Assembly: GCF_001194135.2 (NCBI RefSeq)
Contig: NC_068985.1
Location: 46,257,141 to 46,304,974, forward strand
From: Octopus bimaculoides
Taxonomy: Eukaryota
DNA length: 47,834 nt
Reading direction: 5' to 3'
Position numbers and translations under genes: made by a program. Shown here piece after piece: positions 1-12,329 of this stretch; positions within the stretch are counted from its first letter, which is position 1; each line of letters begins with the position of its first letter. The notes beneath the pieces were generated by a model. That model searched no databases, had not been told where the DNA came from, and saw only the letters and a program-made list of their open reading frames with translations.

Positions 1-40
<40 letters not shown>

Positions 41-106
41 CACACACATATACACCTAATATTTATACATTTATATTTGTATATGTATGCATATTTGTGT
101 GTGAGT

Positions 107-140
<34 letters not shown>

Positions 141-550
141 TACACATACAAGCACCTACTTATACATTTATATATGTATATGTAATGTATGTATATATAA
201 AATTTTATCACGTTACTTGGGAGCAGGTGATGGTTTGCGGCAGGGCGGGAATCCAGCTGTAGATAACCTTGCCCTACTGGAGTCTTGTCTCACCAATGTT
301 ACCCTTGAGAAGGAGATGTTAAAATGATGCTGATGGTATCTATATATATATATATATGCTATATTTATTCATCGTCCACTCATGTTTCATTGATCTTATA
401 ACGAGAAATGCGTCTTGTTCTCCAGTTATAATGGTTTCTACTAGTTTCTCTAGATTATACCAAAATGCATGTTGTCTGTTTTGCTCTTGGGTACCTTTAG
501 CTACTCTAATTATGATGGTCCCATGAGTTGTATTGATCATAAGAATGCAT

Positions 551-792
551 AATAATAATAATAATAATAGTAATAATAATTTCAAATTTTTGGCACCAGA
601 CCGGCAATTTTGGGGTTGGGGCTAAAATGATTGCATCAACCTCATTGTTCAACTGGTACCTATTTTATCGACCCTGAAAGGATGAAAGGTGAAGTTGACG
701 TTAGTGGAGTTTGAACTCAGAACATTCAGGTGGACGAAATCTCGCTAGGCGTTTTGCCTGACGTGCTAATGATTCTGCTAGCTCACCACCTT
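551..792 (-). mobile_element. tRNA-derived SINE (family B) with (ATT)n tail
   Basis: Reverse complement of the element at 26837-27058 (ggtggtgagctagcagaatc...gttcaaactcc...gataaaataggtaccagttg). Confidence 0.7.
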
Positions 793-1922
793 GATATTAA
801 CAATCGTCATCATCATCATCATCATCGTTTAACGTCTGCCTTCCATGCTATAGTAATATCCTTTTAAAAATATTGTAAACAAAAGTATCACAACAGTTTT
901 GAACTTGATAATTCTTGCAGTAATTTAATGGTTACATGGATTATCAAAGCACCACTTTTCATTTTCTCCATGCCAATATTGTTTGTTGGTATCTCTTTAC
1001 ATCTTCCATTTAATGGCATTTTTCAATGACCCTCCTAAACTGGACTCCTTTAAATTTCAGGATATTTTAGCATAAAATATTTTGTATATCATTTAGAAGG
1101 ACAATCTATTTGAAGTTTTAGCAAACTTTTCAATGTTTCTATTAATTAATCTTAGAAATCTAGACCTTCTTATACGTACAGAATGTGTTTCAACAGTCAT
1201 TTGATATCAGTTTAACCTATTGGTCTCTCATCAATATTGCAGATTGTTTAGTCACAATTAATAATGAAATGAATATGGTTACTATTTCTTTTAATATAGA
1301 AGAAACCTCTTTTGCTCTATCTATTTATGAATAAATGAATTTAGTTTCTTCTCAGATATCCTGTTATCCATTTTTCGTCAACACACGTACAAATGAAGTG
1401 ATGTCATTTCTACTCCAATCCATCACATTAAAATGTGTGTGTGTGCATGAATTTGGAATATGTACACATACATACACACTAAATTATGAATTTCTCTGGT
1501 CCTTTGATCTGATTTCTATATATGTTATGTGTATAAACATGTGTTTTTGTGTGTGTATATATATGTGTGTGTGTAGCATCGCATCAGTACCAGCATCTCT
1601 CACATTTCATCATTCTCACCATTTCCTGTCTGAGAGCCAAGAGATGCTCTGAGAGGGATAACGACAGATTATATATGATAAATAAATGAATATATAAAAA
1701 CAAAAATATATAAACCAAGCTGCTAAGTACTCTAGTAGGTGTGTTTTACTGTTATAACAATATCAATCTTCTGTTATAGAGGATTGAGAAAATTGTGTTT
1801 GCATTTATTTTTAATTATCATCTTCAGTCTTACTAAGTTTCATTTGCAATAAAAATGTTCAAATGCTACCTTCTGCTTTTATAATAAGGTATATTTATAT
1901 TTAAAGGTATTTTGATTGCCTC

Positions 1923-1954
<32 letters not shown>

Positions 1955-2419
1955 TATGTAAATGTATCTGTTTTATGAAATGTAACTATACTGATGTAGC
2001 TGATGCAAACATTTTGAAATATATATTATGTGAGCCTGGTTGAACTTGTGTTTGTCTCTCTGCAAATGTATAATTAGCTAATCATATCTATATATGTATA
2101 ATTATATTTATATATATGAATAATTTGTATTCAAAATGTCTAGAGAAAATATATTTGGTATAACTTGGTAGATGAATATTACTGCTTTTGCATGACTATA
2201 GGCTTCCTGCTACACAGTGCAATCATCAGATGGATATAATTTGAATGGAAGTGTTTCTCTTGAGACAAAAAATGTTTCTTAGAATTGCATTCCCTATTCA
2301 CATGCTCATATTGTATGTCATGTATCATTTTTGTGTAACTGATTGAACTTTTGACTGTGGAAACGTGCATGTGTTTTAAATATACATATATTTATATACA
2401 TACATATATATATTTATAT

Positions 2420-2551
<132 letters not shown>

Positions 2552-2888
2552 GTGGTGCTCTTGCATGGCCACAGTCAATTAACTGAAACAAGTAAAAGAA
2601 TAAAAGAATGTGTGTGTGTGTGGATTTCATTGTTATGAAAATTGTAAAGTATGATCATAAATTTTGGAACTCGATCTGTAATTTTGCCCTTGCAGATATA
2701 AATAAATTTTAACAATTTAAAACACTACACTTTCACTTTCTTCTCTTTAACCAAAGGGCCATTTCTCAGTGTTTAAGCTGAGAACAAAGTATAGTAAATG
2801 ATCTTCAAGACTATAGTCATGATACATGCATACATACATACATACGTACGTACATACATACATACACACATACATACACACACATGCA

Positions 2889-2919
<31 letters not shown>

Positions 2920-3857
2920 GTGTATGTATGTATATAAGTGTTTGTGTATTATGTGTCACTATAACTACTTATGTAGCGTGAGGGGAAATATTTCGTGAAT
3001 ACTGTGTGCTTGTGTATGTATTCTTGGGTCACAATGGGTGTCTCTCTAAATCAATCTTCACTAATACCACTAAATATCAGCACCAATACAATCACCATCA
3101 ACACCAAAGCCAATATAGCTATCACTAACTGACTAACTCATGAATGACGAACAACAACAGCAATAATAGAACGATGTAAACAACACTATCTAAAATAAAG
3201 ACAATGGCATGAGATAATAATGTGGTACCTTAACATATAACAGTTGAAGAAATGTCTTTAATCTTAGGTCACTGAGGGTTGCTTTGAGATTAAAGATTAA
3301 CAGCTGGACAGTTAACAAACACAATATAATCCCCTTCACCACTGGCTATATCATCACCATCAAATCCAATACAAGTAACACCATAATCACTACACTGACA
3401 TTTGAATAACCAACTTGATAACAACAACAGAAGTATCAGCATCGTAACAATGTCTGTAGCTACACATGTTATATGTCAACATAACAGAATGTGTGTGTGT
3501 ATGTATGAGTAGCTTGTGTGAGGAGTTTGTAGGGCTTAAATCAGATGTGCAAGGGGCAAAATGCTCATGGACCTAGTAACTTTTAAAACATGCTAAAGTT
3601 TTTAAATCTACTCTTTTTAATTGTCTTTGAAGTATCAAAATTTTTGTTATACATAACTGTGACCTATTACTCAGAAAATTCTAGTAGGATTGTGTCAATG
3701 ACCATGGTTCTGTGGTTTGATGAAAATTTTGACTCCAAGAAGCATGTGAAATGTGAGTTAAAAAAAAGTTTTTTTTATGTAATTTGCCAATATGACTCTT
3801 GCATGATGTAAATGTTGTGTGTGCACATGTGCACGTGTGGATACATGTATATGCGTG

Positions 3858-4286
3858 TATGTTGTGCTTGAGAAAAAAAATTCATCAAGCCAAATAAAAC
3901 TGCAGTTGTGGCAGACATCAGTGAGTGTTGGGCCTTTCAGAGGCAAGGAATGAGACCATTTGGCATTATGCTGTGCTTCAAGTGTTGGGCCTCACGGATG
4001 CAATGACTGAGTCCATTTGGCATTATGCTGTGCTTGAGAAGACTCATCAAGCCAAGTAAAACCATAGTCATGGCAGAAACTAGTGTCATGCAAATGGCAC
4101 CTGTGCCGGTAGTACGTAAAAGCACCCAGTACACTCTCAGAGTGATTAGCATTAGGAAGAGCATCTAGCCATAGAAATACTGCCAAAACAGACTGGAGTC
4201 TGGTGCAGCCTCTCAGTTTGCCAGCCCTGGTCAAACCTTCCAATTCAGGCCAGCATGAACAACGGTCATTAAATGATGATGATGAT
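3858..4286 (+). mobile_element. RTE-LINE-derived 3' fragment (ORF end, 3' UTR and (ATG)n tail)
   Basis: 3982-4059 reads VLGLTDAMTESIWHYAVLEKTHQAK*. The module ttaggaagagcatctagc shared with other copies follows, then a tail ending aaatgatgatgatgat. Confidence 0.7.
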
Positions 4287-4308
4287 ATGTATATATATAT
4301 ATGTATTA

Positions 4309-5066
4309 GGCACAGGCATGGCTGTGTGGTAAGAAGTTTGCTTCCCAGCCACATGGTTCCGGGTTCAGTTCCGCTATGTGACACCTCGAGCAAGTATCTT
4401 CCACCATACCCTCGGGCTGACCAAAGCCTTGTGAGTGGATTTGGTAGATGGAAACTGAAAGACGCCCGTCGTATATATTTTATTTATTTATGCACCCTTT
4501 TCAAGCCTAGCCAGGCTCATGGGCCCGGTTTCCCGGTTTCTATGGGTTATTGTGCAAAACACTTCATTTCACGTTGCTCCAGTCCACTCAGCTAGCAAAA
4601 ATGAGTAACGCTGTGATGGACTGGCATCCCATCCAGCTGGGGAAACACATACGCCATTTCAGCTGGTTATACTCGATATTGCTCCAATCTGGCCAGCCCC
4701 AGGGAAAAACTAAGNNNNNNNNNNNNNNNNNNNNNNNNNNNNNNNNNNNNNNNNNNNNNNNNNNNNNNNNNNNNNNNNNNNNNNNNNNNNNNNNNNNNNN
4801 NNNNNNNNNNNNNNNNNNNNNNNNNNNNNNNNNNNNNNNNNNNNNNNNNNNNNNNNNNNNNNNNNNNNNNNNNNNNNNNNNNNNNNNNNNNNNNNNNNNN
4901 NNNTATATATATGTCTATGTTTGTGTGTCGTTTGACAAGTGATGTTGGTGTGTTTACGTCCCCCGTAACTTAGCAGTTTGGCAAAAGAGATGATAGAATA
5001 AGTCCAGGGGTTGATTCATTCGACGAAAAGTGGTGCTCCAGCATGGACTGAAATAAGTAAAAGAAT
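4309..5066 (+). mobile_element. Family A SINE split by a nested insertion and an assembly gap
   Basis: The 5' half is 4309-4473 and the 3' half about 4920-5066. A different SINE (4478-4657) and N-run 4715-4903 sit in the central TA-rich tract. Confidence 0.7.
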
Positions 5067-6585
5067 ATATATATGCACATAGATATAACTTTGATACACA
5101 GGAACCTCCCAGAGTACATCTTGATCTAATTAGAGGTATTTATGTCAGTGCTTTACAACTAATGAGAAATTAGTTGGGGCTTACATAGTGTCTATCTGGG
5201 ACTCACTTCTGTCATAATTTGGCACACATGAACCTCATTGGGTACATCTTATGTCTAATCAAAATATTTATTCAGTGAGAGTACTTTACAACTAAATGAA
5301 GTTTGTCGCAGCTATAATCAGAGTCTAAGTGAAAGGAACAGGCAGAATGTATCCCAGATCACTGTATTCATTGTATGTGTGTATTCACTAATACAGATGT
5401 GAATAACAATTATAATAAATCAACAGATAGACATTATTGAAATTCAATTTGGTGACTAATCCAGTCCCAACTACCAAACAGTCGGTGTTGCCGTGCCATT
5501 TGTATTTATTGGTAGGAGAACATAATTTATAGATTGGTTGGTCTATTTACTGATGGCTGTGTAAATAGTTAATAGCTTTTTATCACTTCTCCTTCTTCTA
5601 CCCTCTATCCACACTTACATCTTTCATTGAAAAGAAATAACGAAAAAAGATACAGTTGTATTGAGAAATAAAGGTGATGAGGATAATGATGATCATTTCT
5701 ATGTAGGAGTATTTGAACTCCTTACCTACCCTTCATGTTAATATCACTCTGTTTCTACCCATTTTTACCCTCTCTGCTTTCATCATCTTGCTCTGGTTCT
5801 TTCTCTCTCATCACTCTGCCTTCTGTTCACTCTCTGTCATATTTGCCTTGAATGAATGGAGACAATGCAGTAAGGACTCCCTAAGTGTTGCCACTAACTT
5901 GACAACCTCTCTAATGGCGATATCACAATGAGATGCACCCAGTACGCTCTGTAAAGTGGTTTGGGTTAGGAAGGGCATCCAGCTATTGATATTATGCCAA
6001 AATGAAATGTGTGATCGCTATGTGGTTCTTTGACACATGTAGGAGGACATGGGCTGTAACAACCCATCTAACTTATACCAGCATGGAAAACGGACATAAA
6101 AGGATATATATATATATATGTGGATAGGTAGATAGATTCTTTGTTGCTTTGATAAGTTTTTACAAATATGGAAACTTGAGTGTAGCAATGCAGTGAATCA
6201 TCAGCTTTGAAAAGAATGGATGACAGTACGGATGACTTTTATTCCTGTTTGTATCGCCACATATATATCTGTATGTCATCATCATCTTCATCATTTTACA
6301 TCCTTTTTCCATGCAGGTATAGGTTGGACAAGTTGTTGCAGTCTGAGTCAGTTCCTGTTTGGAATTACTATCCTCATCGAAGGGTTGGTGAACATGTCTC
6401 ACTTATGGATTCCATTTTTGACAGGGTATCTACAGCTAGATGTCCTTCATATTACTGTATAGAATACATTGGGTGGGTGTGTATTTGTTGTACTAAGCAC
6501 TAGATTGTCATAGCTTTGGCAAGATTAAAGTGGTCTCTCTATCTTTTGTTGTCCTTGCTCTTTCACTTGATAGTTTACTGAGTGT

Positions 6586-6632
<47 letters not shown>

Positions 6633-8603
6633 ATGTGTCTACATTAGCAATTAATGTCATGGAAGGTTTTTGTTTTTAGACTACAAATCACTATTGTTGA
6701 CCGGTAATACAAAATAGGAATGGCTTTTTTTTTTTTCTGTGGCCAAATGCAGCACTACAAGATTTTTGTTGGTTAACACCAGGTTAGCTTTAATCAAGCA
6801 GTCCTATAACTGAAGATGCTCTGTCACCATCTCTTCTTTTTGTATATTCAAGACTGTATAATTTTTGTATTTTGGGAGGCTGCATAACTTTTGTATTTTG
6901 GAAGCTTATAGCAGTATATGATCATTATATGATGCAGCATTCTACTTTTCAACTCCATCTTTTTAGAAAATTTGTTTCTTGTGTCCTAGTAGTTTGATTA
7001 GCAATTAATATCATTAAAGGTTTTTTTTTAGACCACAAACCACTTATTCCAAGACTGCTTTAAAAAAAATGAATTTTATAAAATCTGAACACAATTGCTC
7101 TGGTCGTCAGAAATTGACATGTTTCTGTTTGTATATTGCTATGAGTCAAAAGAAATTTCATTGAGCCTAAGGTCAACCTATAATATAAAGCATTCCACTC
7201 ATGATGATTGCAACTGTTTAGGTGTATATAGGACTATGTTATCCTTATTGGGGTTTTATTTGAGGGGAATTTGGCTGCTATTTCTAGAAAGTTGAGACAC
7301 TTCCTAGAAGTTCTCAAGTTGATCAGTGCATCATTAACTTACATTTCAAGAGAAAGTCTGTGTTGATGGCTTTGTAATGGCTTTTGTTATTTTTGCTGTT
7401 ATAGATCATGGTCAAAATATCTTAGTCACACTTGTATTAAGCACGCGTTTTTGCAAACACCCATACAAATATGAAATTAATTCTCTCGTCTCTAAAGATC
7501 AAACTATTAAATGGATAAACAAAGAAGGCCATTACAACTATCCAAATCTTTTGACCCAACAAGCCTAATTACTAAACCAATGCAAAGATTGGAATTGTAA
7601 ATTTAATAAATAGAATAATTAATTAAAAAAAGAAACAAAGATAAAGATCACTTATTATGCATAAGTAATTAACAGTGTAACAATATTTTTTTCATTGCTG
7701 TTATTTTGATGTCAAAGGTCATGTCTTGATTCAGTGCAACCAGATTGTTGTGTTTTGCTATTTTTTAATTCATTTATATTTATTTATTTATTTATTGTTA
7801 TTCTTTCACTATAATTCTGTGCTAAAAATGATAAGCAGAATTGATCATTTCAATATGTGAGAAAATTTGATTTGTTACTGACCAGCCTTTAGAGTAAATG
7901 TCAGTTCCTTTACCAAGAAGTCAACAGTTTATTTTCCATCTCCTTGTGCTCTGATGTAGTGGCCATGGTTGACAATTCATTCTAAAATCATCTTTCTAGT
8001 AACATACATCAAAAACTGTAAATTGGTGCCAGGAGGAGGTACAGCTTGCTGTAAATGGTGGTATGCTTTGTGAAATTAATTTATTTAACCAATCTGTTAT
8101 CCTGGGTTCAAATTCTTCTCATGAGTAAAACTAGCCAAGGGATCCTCTGTGCAGTTGCTCAACACACTTGCAATAGCAGTCAAAACTTCTTCTCACATCC
8201 CGCCATCTATTGGAAATTTTAGTCATCGATATGCAAAAAGTCAGATTGGTTACCGCTGGTATGTCTTTAATCATAGATTTTGCTCAGTCATGACTGATCT
8301 GGAGCCAGACAACAAAAACAATAATTAGCTATTGACTGGAAACTTATCTCTGCGGTGAGAAATGTTTGCTTTGGACTGAGGACTGGAATTAACTGAATTA
8401 CACTGCAACATTTCTCCGTAATGGATGAAAAGGCTATATATAAAAAATAAAAAAAAATACAAAGAAATGAAGCAATAAAACAGTTGTAGCTGAGAAGGAA
8501 TCTTTAATATGAAATTTAAATGGAAAAAATTTGCAGGCATCCAAACAACTTTTAGCTTGGTAAAAACAATTGTAAAATGTTAAAGGAGAATACCATGTGA
8601 ATG

Positions 8604-8658
<55 letters not shown>

Positions 8659-9039
8659 AAGTGTATGTATAACAGAGAGGAAGAGAAGGAATAAACAAGA
8701 AAAGAGTGCATGCGACAGAAAATAATTTGTGCATTAGAGATTTTATTAAAGTTTCAGAATGGCTTAGTTTGTTAATATTGGAGAGAGAGAGACAGAGATA
8801 GAGAGAGAGATAAAAGGCTTACATAAAAGATTTTGTTGAATAGCCATGGACTTTTGCTAGTAGAATGTGTGTACATCAGTATAATGTGTATGCGTGGGTG
8901 TGTACATAATTATAGCCTTTGCTTAAATGAATCTGTTAAAGGTTCTTAAGAATAACGTGTGAGTATATATATATGTGTGTCTATGTATATATACTCACAT
9001 GTGATCACCTCAGTGTGTCGTTACACATTCATTTAAGTA

Positions 9040-9480
9040 GCCTACACTTTGACACTGGAGATTCTAATAGATTGTAATTTTAAGCTTATGTGTGTATATA
9101 TATATATATCTATATATATATATATATGTCTACAGGCAAGCATCTGCTTATGTGTGCCTGTGTGTAAAGATAATTACACCTTCACATAAGTAATTACACC
9201 TTTATCTCGGAGATTCTAATAGCTGCAGAACTAGGAAGTAAGGTGCATTTGTATGGGTGCATATGTAACTATGCGTACAGTTGCATGCTTAATTACCTGT
9301 TTTTATAAGAGATTCTAATAGCTTCCGAATTATAAAGTTCATGTGTATGTGTGTGTGTACATGCATACACAAGCTTTCACACACAATTATCACTTTATAT
9401 AAGGGATTCTAATAGTCACACAATGAAAAGTTTAAATGTGTTTATGGATAGACTTATATGTGTGTACCTAATTACCTTCA
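9040..9480. repeat. Degenerate tandem array with invariant core GATTCTAATAG
   Basis: Exact 11-mer at 9060-9070, 9212-9222, 9311-9321 and 9405-9415. Confidence 0.75.
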
Positions 9481-10600
9481 TTTTACATAAATAAGATCAT
9501 CTGTTGAACAGGAAGCAGATGGCATCACCATAAAGAAATACAACAGGTTCAACTTAGTTCTCCCCTAAATAAACTGTTATCAAGGTATTGAACCTATGCT
9601 ACATTGAACTATAGGTGACTTGGCAAGAATTAGCAGTTATCACACAGGGTCAACTAAAACTTTTGAAGCTTTTCAAGGAGAGGTTATAATATCTATAAAT
9701 ATGTATAGGTCATAGGTCAAAAATTAAGGCCTTGTGTTGCATTGTGTCCTTCCTGAGAGGCTCATTACTCTGTTTTATCCAGATTATGAAGTCAGAAAAT
9801 AAAGGCCCTATTAGTATCACTTTATTTTGTGCTGGTTACCCTAATGAATGGTATCCAGCTGTAAAAACACAAAACTTCAAGCAAACTGGACTGACCTGGG
9901 ATCAGTGAGTAAGGGAATTTCTTTGCCATTTGCTTAAATTTGCTAAAAGTAGCTGCCAAATAAATTGCTACTCAAACAAATCTTTACTTTCAAGAGTGTT
10001 AGGACCACATGTTTTTGCAATTAAAAAAGTTCTATAACAATATTGCATACCCAATTTAAAGCTTACGTAGTAGAAATGATTAAGGCAGGTAGTTTCATAA
10101 TGTTGTATGACTACCATATTAAGAGTTGACTTAATCCGCTCAAAACAGTAACCATTTAGCTTTATCCCAATCAGCAAGTAAAGTAAAAATAAAACAAGGC
10201 AACAAACAGGGTTACAATCTTATGGGTACAAGTTTGAGTTGTAACCATGTGGTTTTGATTAGATGGAAACTGTATGGAAGTTTGTTGAGCCTTTTTTTAA
10301 AAGGCTACTAAAATGCAAATGCAGTTAAACGTAGTCACAATTTTCACATCACATCAATGTGTTCACATTTTTCCATTTAGTAGAGCTATTGGTTTTAGCT
10401 TCATTTGCATTTGACCAGTTCTTTAGAAGACTATTTTCAAATTTCTCAATGCTTCAAATGAACCAAAATGTGTGCCAAGTAGTGTTTGCTGTGCAATCCA
10501 AACATGTTGAGTTGTTTTCTCCTATGTCAAAAACTATTAAGTTAGCTTTTCAATAAACTGAGATTGATGAAATAAGTATCAGACTAAAATACATACTAGG

Positions 10601-10989
10601 GAACTTTTTAAAATCAATTACGCTGATGTTACCCCCTTGATTTGAAAGGAAGAAAATTATAGATGCTTTGAATTCAAAAGGTTTATTAAATCTAATTATA
10701 TAGAGAACACAATTATAAATATAAAATGTATAAAACAGATGCGATAAAATAAATTAACATCCTCATTATGAAACAAAAAGATGTTTCTGTAAACTTTTTC
10801 TCTTCAGGTTTTGGAGAAATAAAGTTGTTTCATTTTTGCTACAATTACATTAAAATTGGGGCATTTTGATGCCAGAGCAATTTGGATACAGTCTTTCGGG
10901 TCCAATCGATTACTCTGCTTTGTTTTTATATCCATTAGAGTGGAAATTCCTTGTTTGCAAAGCTAGGTTATTGCAAAAGGCTTTTTAGG
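10601..10989 (-). mobile_element. hAT (Buster/Charlie-like) transposase C-terminal fragment interrupting a SINE tail
   Basis: The minus strand reads KPFAIT*LCKQGISTLMDIKTKQSNRLDPKDCIQIALASKCPNFNVIVAKMKQLYFSKT*, matching the recalled PFATTYLCEQGFSxLxxIKTKxRNRL motif. The segment is absent from the paired inverted arm and has TAGG at both junctions. Confidence 0.75.
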
Positions 10990-11558
10990 GGTTGGTATGA
11001 TCAACTAAACCCCCAAAAATGGCATACCCAGAGTTCAATGACTGAAACTAGTAAAAGGAAGAGAGGAGGAAATAAACTATTTTTATAAGGTATATTGAAT
11101 ACAGGTATCATTTTGTGGATCAGCATTGTTTAGACACATAAGTTGCTGCTTATTATTCTTTGCTTGCATAACAGTTGGCAGCAGAATCAAGGCAACAGAA
11201 TCCCTTACCTGTTGAAATATGTGAAGTAGCTTTCATTGTGCTCTTTTGTAGTGAAAGAATGCTACTGTTTGGCACAAATTCTTCAAGGTACTTAGTGCTT
11301 CTCGTCTGGAGTTCCATGTTTTTTTTAAACAAGAAACTGACTCAGGCTTTTTATTATTTCTCATCCTGTAGCTTCCACAAACATTTTAATATATGAAAGT
11401 TCTCCCTCCTCTCTGCCCCTACAGCCACCCACCCATATTCTCATTTACTTAAGTATGCTACCTATACTTAAACATAAAACTTTTTGAGCATTCACTAACA
11501 CTTATGCACAAACTATCAAAAGTACACATATTGTCAGGTGTTTATATATACATATATA

Positions 11559-11944
11559 GGTGCAGGCATGGATATGTGGTTAAGAAGTTCACTTTGCAAC
11601 CACACAGTTCAGGTTCAGTCCCACCTTGTGGCACCTAGGGCAAATGTCTTTTACTATAGCTGCAGTCCAACCAATGCCTTATGAGTGAATTCTGTAGTTG
11701 AATGTGTGTGTGTGTGTGTGTGAGAGCGTGCATGTGTGCTTGTGTACCCACCATCACCACTTAACAAATAGTTTGAGTTTTTTTACATTCCCTCAACTTA
11801 GTGCTTCAGCAAAAAAAAAAAAAAAAAAAAAAAACTGACAGAATAAGTATTGGGGTTGATCTGTTCAACTAAAGATCTCTTCAAGACAGTGCCCCAGCAT
11901 GGCCACACTCCAATGACTGAAACAAATAAAAGGTAAAATAAAGA
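11559..11944 (+). mobile_element. Family A SINE (diverged), in the spacer of the inverted duplication
   Basis: Head ggtgcaggcatggatatgtggttaag, cacctagggcaaatgtc, and tail ccccagcatggcc...gactgaaacaaataaaag. Confidence 0.75.
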
Positions 11945-12292
11945 TTATATATATATATATAAATATATATATAAACACATACATACATGCCTCAGTTTCT
12001 CTTTAGGCATACAGGTAAATGTTTATATTATTATACAGATGTTATCTACAAGTCTATTGACAAGTAACACTTAGGTATTTGTATTTGAATGCATATTCTC
12101 ATTATTATGTGCAATGTGTATGTATAAATAAGTGTATGTCTCAAGTATTCACAAAAGCACTCAGACAATCATCTGCTTCTCTCATATGATAAGTAGCCTA
12201 TCTCTAAATATACTTATACCAACGTAATTACTTAAAAATTGCATGCATCAAAGTCAATAATCAGAATACTGCACACACGTTCTTCCCTTGTG

Positions 12293-12329
<37 letters not shown>

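Noticed and set aside
960-1300. Possible LINE C-terminal zinc-knuckle remnant on the minus strand (CNIDERP...LLKHIL)
   Set aside because: Too many stops and frameshifts to support by eye; needs a profile search.
6049-6099. ATG GGC TGT AAC (MGCN), like the N-terminus recalled for short PDZRN4/PDZD4 isoforms
   Set aside because: It lies within a decayed retroposon tail, stops after 16 codons and has no splice donor.
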